Assembly (NCBI GenBank): GCA_040756315.1
Contig: JBFLZI010000003.1
Coordinates: forward strand, 1 to 56,232
DNA from: Thermodesulfobacteriota bacterium
Lineage (GTDB): Bacteria > Desulfobacterota > Desulfobaccia > Desulfobaccales > 0-14-0-80-60-11
Length of the DNA stretch: 56,232 bases
Reading direction: 5' to 3'
Shown: positions 48,073 through 56,232 of the stretch, piece after piece
Numbering within the stretch: position 1 is the stretch's first letter
Layout of the letters: each line of letters begins with the position of its first letter
Position numbers and translations under genes: made by a program
The notes under the pieces: generated by a model
Database searches by the model: none
The model's input: the letters and a program-made list of their open reading frames with translations, nothing else
What the model was told of the DNA's origin: nothing

Positions 48073-49347
48073 ATGCCGACGCCGTATGACGACATGTGGG
48101 AAAAATTGAACCTGGATTTGCCGGCCCACGAGGGGTTACTGCAAGTATTGGGCAGGTTTTACGGAGACATCTACCTGAGCCAGGAAGGCCGCCTGAAGGG
48201 TATGGAATACCTGGACTTTGTGCTCTCGGAGGTGCACGGCCTGCGCATCAAGGAACTCCAGGAGGCCAAGGCCCAAGGCCGTAAGATCATCGGCACCTTC
48301 TGCGTCTTTGTGCCGGAGGAACTGGTTCTGGCCGCGGACGCCGTCTGCGTGGGCCTCTGCGCCGGGGCCGAGATCGGCGCGGACGCGGCGGAAAAGATCC
48401 TGCCCCGGAACACCTGCGCCCTGATCAAGTCCTTCGTGGGCTTCAAACTGGCCCGCCTCTGCCCCTTCATCGAGTCCTGCGACCTGGTGGTGGGGGAGAC
48501 CACCTGCGACGGCAAAAAGAAGGCCTACGAAATCTTTGCCGACTACGCACCGGTGTACGTCATGGAGATTCCCCAAATGAAGCAGGCCTGCGACCGGGAC
48601 CTGTGGAAGGCGGAGATGGGGCGCTTTCAGGCCAAGATCGAAGAGATCACCGGCAAGACCATCACCGCCGCCAAACTGAAGGAAGCCATCCGGCTGGTGA
48701 ACGCCCGGCGACAGGTCTTACAGCGCCTGAACCGGCTCAGGGCCGTGGTGCCCACCCCCATCTCCGGGCGGGACGTGCTCCTTATCAATCAGATCAGCTT
48801 TTATGACGATCCGGTGCGCTTCACCGCCAAGATGGGGGAACTCTGCGACGAACTGGAAGAGAAGGTCAAGGCGGGCCGGGGTATAGTCCAGGCCGGGACG
48901 CCGCGTCTCATGCTTTCCGGCTGCCCCATGGCCGTGCCCAACTGGAAGCTGCCCTTCCTCATCGAGTCTTCCGGCGCGGTCATCGTGGGGGAAGAGTCTT
49001 GTATCGGCAGCCGCAATATCCGGGACCTGGTGGATGAAACCCCCGACACCCTAGAGGGGCTGTTGGACGCCCTGGTGGACCGTTACTTCAAGATTGACTG
49101 CGCCTGTTTCACCCCCAACGCGGAGCGCCTCACCCATATCGTGGACATGGCCCGGGACCTGAAAGTGAACGGCGTGGTCCACTACGGCCTCTCCTTCTGT
49201 CAGCCCTATGCCATCGAGGCTTTCAAGGTGGCGAAGGCCCTGGAAGCCGCCAAAATTCCGATGTTGGCCATCGAGACGGACTACAGCATGGAGGACGTGG
49301 AGCAGCTCAAGACTCGGGTGGAGGCCTTTCTGGAGATGCTGCACTGA
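48073..49347 (+). CDS. Double-cubane-cluster protein-like anaerobic reductase (2-hydroxyacyl-CoA dehydratase D/HgdB family)
   Basis: GTFCVFVPEE, VGLCAG, PRNTCALIKS, GETTCDGKKK, EESC.G.R, CACFTPN, FCQPY and IETDYS motifs; ATG at 48073. Confidence 0.82.
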   Translation: MPTPYDDMWEKLNLDLPAHEGLLQVLGRFYGDIYLSQEGRLKGMEYLDFVLSEVHGLRIKELQEAKAQGRKIIGTFCVFVPEELVLAADAVCVGLCAGAEIGADAAEKILPRNTCALIKSFVGFKLARLCPFIESCDLVVGETTCDGKKKAYEIFADYAPVYVMEIPQMKQACDRDLWKAEMGRFQAKIEEITGKTITAAKLKEAIRLVNARRQVLQRLNRLRAVVPTPISGRDVLLINQISFYDDPVRFTAKMGELCDELEEKVKAGRGIVQAGTPRLMLSGCPMAVPNWKLPFLIESSGAVIVGEESCIGSRNIRDLVDETPDTLEGLLDALVDRYFKIDCACFTPNAERLTHIVDMARDLKVNGVVHYGLSFCQPYAIEAFKVAKALEAAKIPMLAIETDYSMEDVEQLKTRVEAFLEMLH

Positions 49348-49359
49348 GGTGACGCTGCC

Positions 49360-49596
49360 ATGATTTCTGATAAGGCACCGGTCATTCCCCTGCACCTGCA
49401 CCCGGTATTTCAAGAGCGCCACCGGGTGAATGAACTGAAAAACGCATTGATGGCGGAAACCCTGGCTTACGTCCAGGTGGCCCTGGACAACGCGGCCGGA
49501 CCCGGCGGCGCTTCGCCCCGGGCAGTAAAAATCCTGGAACGGGCTCGCGCCCTTTTGGGAGAAGCCCGAGATCGGCTGGTGCTCGAGTTGTTGTAA
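49360..49596 (+). CDS. Small helical hypothetical protein
   Basis: 78 aa, GAGGTG SD, packed between the reductase and its activator. Confidence 0.5.
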   Translation: MISDKAPVIPLHLHPVFQERHRVNELKNALMAETLAYVQVALDNAAGPGGASPRAVKILERARALLGEARDRLVLELL

Positions 49597-49613
49597 CGGG
49601 TAAAAGGGCATTG

Positions 49614-50390
49614 ATGGGAAACAAGAGCCTGGTAGCCGGTTTGGACATCGGCTCCCGTTCCATTGAACTGGCGGTCTTGGAGGGAGACCGCCTGGTGGAT
49701 TGGGCCAAGGTGCCCACCACCTTCGACCCTCTGGCCCAGTGCCGTCGCCTGTTGAAAGACGTGCGGGCGGAGAGAATGGTAGCCACGGGCTATGGCCGCA
49801 AGCTGGCGCTGGAAAGTCTGAAAGAGCATAGAGTTACGGCCATTACAGAAATTCAGGCTTACGCCCTGGGCGCCCGGCGTCTGGCTCCGGAAACCAGGAC
49901 CGTCCTGGACATCGGCGGCCAGGACACCAAGGTCATCGCCCTGGCCCCGGACGGCAAGGTGGCCAGGTTTGAAATGAACGACCGTTGCGCCGCGGGCACC
50001 GGCAAATTCCTGGAATTCATGGCCCTGGCCCTGCACCTTCCTTTGGAGGAGTTCGGCAGCTTTGCCCTCCAGGGGGAGAGGCGCATCCAGATCAGCAGCA
50101 TGTGCACGGTATTTGCCGAAAGCGAGGCTACCAGCCTCATGGCCCGGGGGGAGGCTCCGGCCAACATCGCCCTGGGGCTGCACCTGGCCATTGTCCAGCG
50201 CACCCTGGCCATGCTCCGGCGGATGGGGGAGGAGCCGCCTCTCCTCTTTGCCGGGGGAGTGGCTCACAACGTCTGCGTCCGGGCCTTGCTGGAAGAGGGG
50301 CTGGGCCAAGAGGTCATCGTGCCCCCCAACCCCGACTTGGTGGGGGCTTTGGGCGCGGCGCTTTATGGGAAAAATCGACAGTCAACCTGA
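49614..50390 (+). CDS. ATP-dependent [4Fe-4S] activator/reductase (HgdC/BadF-BcrAD ASKHA family)
   Basis: GLDIGS, ATGYGR, LDIGGQDTK, MNDRCAAGTGKFLE, SSMCTVFAESE, GGVA.N and GALGAAL motifs. Confidence 0.92.
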   Translation: MGNKSLVAGLDIGSRSIELAVLEGDRLVDWAKVPTTFDPLAQCRRLLKDVRAERMVATGYGRKLALESLKEHRVTAITEIQAYALGARRLAPETRTVLDIGGQDTKVIALAPDGKVARFEMNDRCAAGTGKFLEFMALALHLPLEEFGSFALQGERRIQISSMCTVFAESEATSLMARGEAPANIALGLHLAIVQRTLAMLRRMGEEPPLLFAGGVAHNVCVRALLEEGLGQEVIVPPNPDLVGALGAALYGKNRQST

Positions 50391-50466
50391 GGGAAGACCC
50401 TCAGATAATCGAGACAGAGCAACAAAATTCCGAAAAATTTCTCGTTTTTCGAAAGGAGATCTCGAC

Positions 50467-50685
50467 ATGCCTCTGATCACCGTCAAATTAATTGAAGGCG
50501 TCTATTCCGGGGAGCAGAAGAAGGAAATGATCAAACGGCTTACCGACACCATGGTGGCTCTGGAGGGAGAGCACATGCGCCCGGTCACCTGGGTGGTCAT
50601 CGAAGAAGTCAAGAGCGGCGACTGGGGTGTAGGGGGCAAGGCCTTTTCCTGTGCGGACGTCAAAGCCCTGGCAGGGGATAAGTAA
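50467..50685 (+). CDS. 4-oxalocrotonate tautomerase family protein
   Basis: MPLITVKLIEG (Pro-1), QKKEMI..LTD.M and V.IEEV..GDWGVGG motifs; AAAGGAG SD before ATG 50467. Confidence 0.88.
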   Translation: MPLITVKLIEGVYSGEQKKEMIKRLTDTMVALEGEHMRPVTWVVIEEVKSGDWGVGGKAFSCADVKALAGDK

Positions 50686-52725
50686 GTGGAATCCCGCTTT
50701 GTCCTCACCACTTGCCCCTACTGCGGCTGCGGCTGCGGCATCCTCCTGGAAGTCATGGATGGCCGGCTCGCCGGCTCCTGGCCGGTAAAAACCCATGGGG
50801 TGAGCCAGGGGAGCCTCTGCCTCAAGGGCTGGAGTTCCCATGAGTTCGTGCAGAGCGAGCCGCGCCTTAAGCAGCCGCTCACGCGCCAAAACGGCGACCT
50901 GGTTCCCGCCACCTGGGAGGAAGCCCTGGACCGGGCGGCCCAAGGGTTAAAAGGGGTTTTGGACCGCCACGGGCCGGCCGCGGTGCAGGTATTGTCCTCC
51001 GCCAAGATCACCAATGAAGAAAACTTTCTCATGAACAAATTTGCCCGGGCGGTCATCGGCACCAACAATATCGACCATTGCGCCCGCCTCTGTCACGCCT
51101 CCACCGTCGTGGGTCTGGCCGGGGCCTTCGGTTCCGGGGCCATGACCAACTCCATCGTGGACCTGGAGAATGCCGGGACCATCCTGGTCATCGGCTCCAA
51201 TACCACCGAGGGCCACCCTGTTGCCGCCAAGTGGATTTTCCGGGCTATTGAGCAGGGCGCAAAATTGCTGGTGGCCGATCCCCGCCGGATTCAATTGTCG
51301 GACCTGGCGGAAGTGGTGGTGCAGCAGCGCCCGGGCACTGACGTGGCCCTGATTAACGGCATGATGCATCTCATTATCAAGGAAGGCTGGCACGACCGGG
51401 TGTACGTCAAGGAGCGCACCGAGGGCTTTGAGGCCCTGGCCGCCAAACTGGAGGAGTATCCGCCGGCGAAGGTGGCGGCCATTACCGGGGTGGAGCCCGC
51501 CGAGTTGCGCCGCCTGGCGGAAATTTACGCCACCCACAAGCCCAGCGCCATTGTCTACTCCATGGGCATCACCCAACACATCACCGGGGTGGACAACGTC
51601 AAGTCCCTGGCGAATTTGGCCATGCTCACCGGCAACGTGGGCGTCTCGGGGGGCGGGGTGAACGCGCTCCGGGGACAGAACAACGTCCAGGGCGCCTGCG
51701 ACATGGGCGCGCTGCCCAATGTCTTTTCCGGCTATCAGGCGGTGGCGGACGAGGCGGCCAACGCCAAGTTCTCCCAGGCCTGGGGCCGGGACCTCCCCAA
51801 ACAGCCGGGCCTGACCCTGACGGACATGTTCAACGCCATTGATGCCGGTAAGATCAAGGCCTTGTATATCGTGGGGGAGAACCCCATGGTCACCGAGCCG
51901 GACCTGCATCACGCCGGGGCCGCGCTGAAGAAGCTGGAAGTGCTCATCGTCCAGGATATTTTTCTTTCCGAAACGGCCCGGTTGGCCCAGGTGGTGCTGC
52001 CGGGCGCTTCCTTTGCGGAAAAGAGCGGCACCTTCACCAACACGGAACGGCGGGTGCTGTTGGTGCGCCAGGCCATCCCGCCGGTGGGGGGCGCCCGCCC
52101 GGACTGGCAAATCATCCAGGACCTGGCCGCCCGCCTGGGCTATCCCATGAATTACGCCGGGCCGGAGGAGATTTTTGAGGAAATCCGCACCCTCACCCCC
52201 AGCTACGCGGGCATGACTTACGAAAGGCTTAAAGCCCAAGGGTTGCAGTGGCCCTGTCCCACCCCGGAACATCCCGGCACGCCGTATCTCCACAAAGACC
52301 GCTTCACCCGGGGGAAGGGGCTGTTTCAGGCCATCGACTACAAGCCGCCGGCGGAAGTTGAAGACAAGGAATACCCCATGCTGCTCAGCACCGGGCGCTC
52401 CTTCGCCCATTTCCATTCCGGCACCATGACCCGGGTCTCACCCACCCTGCACCATGAGGTGAAGACGGGGTATGTGGAAATCAACCCGGAAGACGCGGAG
52501 CGGCTGGGAGTGGAAGACGGGGAGCCGGTGCAGGTCAGCTCCCGCCGGGGAAACATCCGCATTCCGGCCAAAATCAGCCAGCGGGTGAACCGGGGCGTGG
52601 TTTTCATTCCCTTTCATTTTGCCGAGTGCGCCGCCAACGTCCTCACCAACCCGGCCCTGGACCCGGTGGCCAAGATTCCGGAATTCAAGGTCTGCGCCGT
52701 CAAGGTGGAAAAAATGGCGGCATAA
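50686..52725 (+). CDS. fdhF: Cytoplasmic Mo/W-bisPGD formate dehydrogenase alpha subunit (FdhF-like), Cys form, copy 1
   Basis: TTCPYCGCGC...LCLKG, DHCARLCHAST, LRGQNNVQGACDMG and PEFKVCAV motifs; no Tat signal. Confidence 0.9.
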   Translation: MESRFVLTTCPYCGCGCGILLEVMDGRLAGSWPVKTHGVSQGSLCLKGWSSHEFVQSEPRLKQPLTRQNGDLVPATWEEALDRAAQGLKGVLDRHGPAAVQVLSSAKITNEENFLMNKFARAVIGTNNIDHCARLCHASTVVGLAGAFGSGAMTNSIVDLENAGTILVIGSNTTEGHPVAAKWIFRAIEQGAKLLVADPRRIQLSDLAEVVVQQRPGTDVALINGMMHLIIKEGWHDRVYVKERTEGFEALAAKLEEYPPAKVAAITGVEPAELRRLAEIYATHKPSAIVYSMGITQHITGVDNVKSLANLAMLTGNVGVSGGGVNALRGQNNVQGACDMGALPNVFSGYQAVADEAANAKFSQAWGRDLPKQPGLTLTDMFNAIDAGKIKALYIVGENPMVTEPDLHHAGAALKKLEVLIVQDIFLSETARLAQVVLPGASFAEKSGTFTNTERRVLLVRQAIPPVGGARPDWQIIQDLAARLGYPMNYAGPEEIFEEIRTLTPSYAGMTYERLKAQGLQWPCPTPEHPGTPYLHKDRFTRGKGLFQAIDYKPPAEVEDKEYPMLLSTGRSFAHFHSGTMTRVSPTLHHEVKTGYVEINPEDAERLGVEDGEPVQVSSRRGNIRIPAKISQRVNRGVVFIPFHFAECAANVLTNPALDPVAKIPEFKVCAVKVEKMAA

Positions 52726-52826
52726 ATGCATGTGGCTAATCAAACTAACAACAAATGTTTGAATCACCTAAGTAGCGGATTCATTTTTGCCGCTTCTTTC
52801 AAAGGATAACGGATAAGGAGACTGAC

Positions 52827-54863
52827 ATGGATTTCCGCTCGGTTGTCACCACCTGCCCCTATTGCGGCGTAGGTTGCAACTTAATCTTCCAGGTGCTGGA
52901 CGGGCAGATCATCGACACCCTGGCCGCGAAGACCGGACCGTCCAATGAAGGGAGGCTCTGTATCAAGGGTTGGAGCGTGCATGAATTTATCCAGCATAAA
53001 GACCGCCTCACCAAACCCCTCATCCGGCGGGGCGGCTCTTTGCAGGAAGCCACCTGGGATCAGGCTTTGGATTTGGCTGCGTCCGAGTTGACCAGGCTCA
53101 AAGAGACCTATGGGCCGGAGAGCGTCGCGTTTGTGGGGTCGGCCCGCTGTCCCAATGAAGAGACCTATGTCTTTCAAAAATTCGCCCGGGCTGTTTTCGG
53201 CCACAATCATGTGGATCACTGCGCCCGTCTCTGTCACGCCCCTACGGTGGCCGGGTTGGCTGTCTCCTTTGGGAGCGGAGCCATGACCAACTCCTTTGCC
53301 GAACTGGAACAGGCCAAGTGCATTTTAGTAATCGGCTCCAACACCACCGTCTCCCACCCTATGGCGGGCATGCGCCTAATGCGGGCCCAGGCCAACGGCG
53401 GCAAGCTCATGGTGGCCGACCCCCGGAAGACCCAGATCGCGAAGTTGGCCGACCTGCACGTGCAGCAGAATCTGGGGACGGACGTGGCCCTGATCAACGG
53501 CCTGATGCACGTCATCTATAAGAACGGCTGGCATAACCAGGCCTTTATCGAAGAGCGCACGGAAAACTTCCCCGCCCTGGTGGAGATAATCGAACAATTC
53601 CCTCCTGAGCGGGTCTCGGAGATCACCGGCGTAGCCGTAGCGGATATCGTCCAGATGGCCGAATGGTACGCCAAGTCGCCGGCCAGCGCCATTGTTTACG
53701 TCTTGGGGATCACCCAGCACAGCACCGGCACGGACAACGTCAAGAGTCTGGCCAACCTGGCCATGCTCTGCGGCCAGATCGGCAGGCCCTCCACCGGAGT
53801 CAATCCCATCCGGGGCCAGAACAACGTGCAGGGGGCCTGCGACATGGGCGCACTGCCCAATGCCTTCCCCGGCTATCAATACGTGAGTGCGCCGGAGTGT
53901 GTGGAGAAATTTGAAAAAGCCTGGAACGCCAAGCTTTCCGGTTCTCCGGGACTCACCATGGTGGAGCAGATCGAAGCCATCCATCAAGGTAAATTCAAGG
54001 GCCTGGTGGTCTTCGGGGCCAACCCGGCGGTGAGCTACCCCAACGTCAACCGGGTGCAGGAGGCTCTGGAATCCTTGGAATTCTTGCTGGTCCTGGATAT
54101 TTTCCCCACATCCACCACGGCCCTGGCCCACGTGGTGCTCCCCGGCGCCTCATTTGCGGAAACGGACGGCACCTTCAGCAGCTCGGAACGCCGGGTGCAG
54201 CGGGTGCGGCAGGCCATCGAGCCTATCGCCGGCAAGGCCAACTGGCAGATTATCCCGGAACTCTCCAGTCGGTTAGGTTATCCCATGCACTATCGGTCCG
54301 CAGAGGAAATTTTCGACGAGATGGCCAGCCTGACTCCGGCTTACGGGGGCATGAGTTACCCTCGCCTGGAGGAGAAAGGACTCTGCTGGCCCTGTCCTAC
54401 TCCGGACCATCCCGGCACTCAGTATTTGCACAAAGACAGGTTTACCCGGGGCCTGGGACTCTTTCAAGCCATCGACTACCGCCCGCCCGCGGAAGGCCCG
54501 GACGCCGACTATCCTTTCTGGCTGACCACCGGGCAAATCTTCTCCCAGTATCTTACCGGCACTATGACCCGGCGCTGCCCCACCCTGCACCAGGAAAACC
54601 CTGAGGTCTTCATCGAAATCAACCCCCAGGATGCCGAACGTCTGCAGATTGAACCGGGAGAAAGTATTCGGGCCAGGAGTCGCCGGGGCAGCATTGAGGT
54701 CAAGGCCTGGGTAACCGACGCGATAAAGCCCGGCGTGGTTTTTATCCCCATGCACTATCTGGAGAACGCCGCCAACCGTCTGACCAACGCGGCCTTGGAC
54801 CCCATCACGAAAACGCCGGAATATAAGGTCTGCGCCGTGAAATTAGAGCGCTTAGCCGCTTAA
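52827..54863 (+). CDS. fdhF: Cytoplasmic formate dehydrogenase alpha subunit (FdhF-like), Cys form, copy 2
   Basis: TTCPYCGVGC...LCIKG, DHCARLCHAPT, IRGQNNVQGACDMG and PEYKVCAV motifs; AAGGAG SD. Confidence 0.9.
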   Translation: MDFRSVVTTCPYCGVGCNLIFQVLDGQIIDTLAAKTGPSNEGRLCIKGWSVHEFIQHKDRLTKPLIRRGGSLQEATWDQALDLAASELTRLKETYGPESVAFVGSARCPNEETYVFQKFARAVFGHNHVDHCARLCHAPTVAGLAVSFGSGAMTNSFAELEQAKCILVIGSNTTVSHPMAGMRLMRAQANGGKLMVADPRKTQIAKLADLHVQQNLGTDVALINGLMHVIYKNGWHNQAFIEERTENFPALVEIIEQFPPERVSEITGVAVADIVQMAEWYAKSPASAIVYVLGITQHSTGTDNVKSLANLAMLCGQIGRPSTGVNPIRGQNNVQGACDMGALPNAFPGYQYVSAPECVEKFEKAWNAKLSGSPGLTMVEQIEAIHQGKFKGLVVFGANPAVSYPNVNRVQEALESLEFLLVLDIFPTSTTALAHVVLPGASFAETDGTFSSSERRVQRVRQAIEPIAGKANWQIIPELSSRLGYPMHYRSAEEIFDEMASLTPAYGGMSYPRLEEKGLCWPCPTPDHPGTQYLHKDRFTRGLGLFQAIDYRPPAEGPDADYPFWLTTGQIFSQYLTGTMTRRCPTLHQENPEVFIEINPQDAERLQIEPGESIRARSRRGSIEVKAWVTDAIKPGVVFIPMHYLENAANRLTNAALDPITKTPEYKVCAVKLERLAA

Positions 54864-54920
54864 GGCGCCAATTGTTTGACCTAAAATTTCCGAGAACCCG
54901 TAGGAAAAGGAGAAATCGCC

Positions 54921-56189
54921 ATGCAACCACTGGATCTCTCTGATCTGCCTGAGAGGCGCCGGAAGAGCATCTTTCGGGACATTATTTCCGAATCTCACTT
55001 GACCGCCTGCTTTACCTGCGGCACCTGCTCCGGGGGCTGCCCCTTGACCGGCATGGAAAGCAGCAAGGATGAGGGCCTGGACGCCCGCAAAGTCATTCGT
55101 ATGGCCGCGTTCGGCCTGGACCAGGAAGTCATCGACTCCCGCTTCGTCTGGTTCTGCACCGGCTGCCAACGCTGCGAGATGGGCTGCCCCATGGGGGTCA
55201 AGCTGGTAAAGGTGTGGATGGCGGCCAAGGCGGCCCGGCCCCGGGACAAGGTGCCCGGCGTCCTCCACAAGGGCGTGGATATGTGTATCCGCACCGGGAA
55301 CAACATGGGCATTCCGGAGGAAGATTACGTCACCCTGCTGGAGGAACTGGGGGAAGAATTGGCGGAGGAGTGCTGCCCCGGTTTCGTTACGCCGGTGGAG
55401 AAGGTGGGCGCGGACTATATCCATTTTCAGAATTCCAAGGAAGCCTATGCCGAACCCGACGACATGAAGTGGTGGTGGAAGATCTTTTACGCGGCTAAAG
55501 CGGACTGGACCACTTCCTCGAAAAACTGGGAGTCGGTGGATTGGGGGATTTTTACTGCCAACATGGAGGCCAGCAAAGAGATCGCCCGGCGCAAGGTGGA
55601 GAACATGAAGCGCCTGAAGGCCAAAACCTTTATTCTGCCGGACTGCGGCGGGGCTTCCTACGGCACCCGCATCAACCTGGAGAAATACTTTAAAGATGAG
55701 TTCGGTCCCAAGACCGGCCACAACTACGTGTATTTCTTTGATGTGCTGCTTAAGTGGCTGGAAGAGGGCCGCATCAAGGTGGACAAGAGCGTCCACGCGG
55801 ACCGCATCGTCACCTGGCACGACTCCTGTAAACACATGCGCTCGGTGTACCTGACCTTCGGGGACGACTCCAACCTGGAGAAGCCCCGGAAGATTCTCTC
55901 ATACCTCATAGATATGAACAACTATCGGGAAATGCCCCACAACCGGTTGGAAAGCTACTGTTGCGGCGCCGGCTCCGGGAACTGGCCCGGACCCTTTGAG
56001 GCCGAAAAGACCGAACACGGCGGCTTCAAGGCCCGGGACATCCAGGCCACCGGCGCGGACCTGGTGGTGGCCGGCTGCTCCAACTGCCGGGACCAGATTA
56101 TGAAGAACCTGAAGGTGAAGTATAAGTTGGACATCGAAGTGAAATATATCTGGGAAATGGTGGCGGACGCCTTGATCCTGGAGAGTTGA
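54921..56189 (+). CDS. HdrC/HdrD(GlpC)-like Fe-S protein: 2x[4Fe-4S] ferredoxin domain plus CCG domain
   Basis: CFTCGTCSGGCP, CTGCQRCEMGCP, PDCGG, WHDSC, CCGAGSG and CSNC motifs. Confidence 0.85.
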   Translation: MQPLDLSDLPERRRKSIFRDIISESHLTACFTCGTCSGGCPLTGMESSKDEGLDARKVIRMAAFGLDQEVIDSRFVWFCTGCQRCEMGCPMGVKLVKVWMAAKAARPRDKVPGVLHKGVDMCIRTGNNMGIPEEDYVTLLEELGEELAEECCPGFVTPVEKVGADYIHFQNSKEAYAEPDDMKWWWKIFYAAKADWTTSSKNWESVDWGIFTANMEASKEIARRKVENMKRLKAKTFILPDCGGASYGTRINLEKYFKDEFGPKTGHNYVYFFDVLLKWLEEGRIKVDKSVHADRIVTWHDSCKHMRSVYLTFGDDSNLEKPRKILSYLIDMNNYREMPHNRLESYCCGAGSGNWPGPFEAEKTEHGGFKARDIQATGADLVVAGCSNCRDQIMKNLKVKYKLDIEVKYIWEMVADALILES

Positions 56190-56202
56190 AGGAAGCATGC
56201 TT

Positions 56203-56232
56203 GTGGGGGGAGGGCCAGGGACCTGAGGTCCC
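56203..56232. repeat. Start of another GGGGGAGGGCC intergenic repeat, truncated by window end
   Basis: GGGGGGAGGGCCAGGGACCTGAGGTCCC matches the arm at ~7093. Confidence 0.45.

Noticed and set aside
50062-50466. N-terminal extension of the 207 aa ORF containing the tautomerase
   Set aside because: It overlaps the activator gene in another frame. The tautomerase needs Pro-1 and has its own SD at ATG 50467.
50947-52416. Long antisense ORFs (also 3823-4764, 11540-12556, 23497-24597, 54852-55835)
   Set aside because: These are shadow frames of well-supported GC-rich genes, with no motifs of their own.
47508-56189. TGA stops of mvhD1, mvhD2, the double-cubane gene, the activator and the CCG gene as possible Sec codons
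   Set aside because: Each falls at the expected C-terminus of a full-length protein, with no redox motif context. Most are followed closely by the next gene's SD or start.
1-56232. tRNA, rRNA, integrase or transposase genes
   Set aside because: None was recognised by eye. A tRNAscan/Infernal run, including for tRNA-Sec, would be needed to exclude them formally.

Overview
This is a GC-rich chromosomal window from a probable anaerobic deltaproteobacterium (Desulfobacca/Syntrophobacter-like, inferred from gene content). From left to right it holds: a frameshifted YbjT-like epimerase; fliS-fliD-fliC with clear sigma28, sigma54 and CsrA-type signals; a DHH phosphoesterase; hldE-ugd-lptD; and a VapBC-type toxin-antitoxin pair. 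A ~27 kb surface-glycan region follows (two GT-C-like membrane proteins, GT2, methyltransferases, SGNH proteins, Wzm/Wzt and four cobalamin-dependent radical SAM enzymes), then a sigma54 chemotaxis cassette, and finally an anaerobic redox operon. The most striking observation is at 46.6-47.0 kb. A sigma70 promoter and a perfect Shine-Dalgarno drive an unannotated leader ORF with an in-frame UGA. The UGA is followed by a SECIS-like hairpin and then a C-rich, rut-like tract. This leader sits directly upstream of an operon of isolated Cys-containing versions of classic selenoprotein subunits (2x MvhD, 2x FdhA, a CCG-domain Fe-S protein) plus a double-cubane reductase system. I infer a selenocysteine-sensing leader-peptide attenuator that controls a 'cysteine spare-parts' operon. 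All calls come from motif reading by eye; no database searches or folding computations were run.
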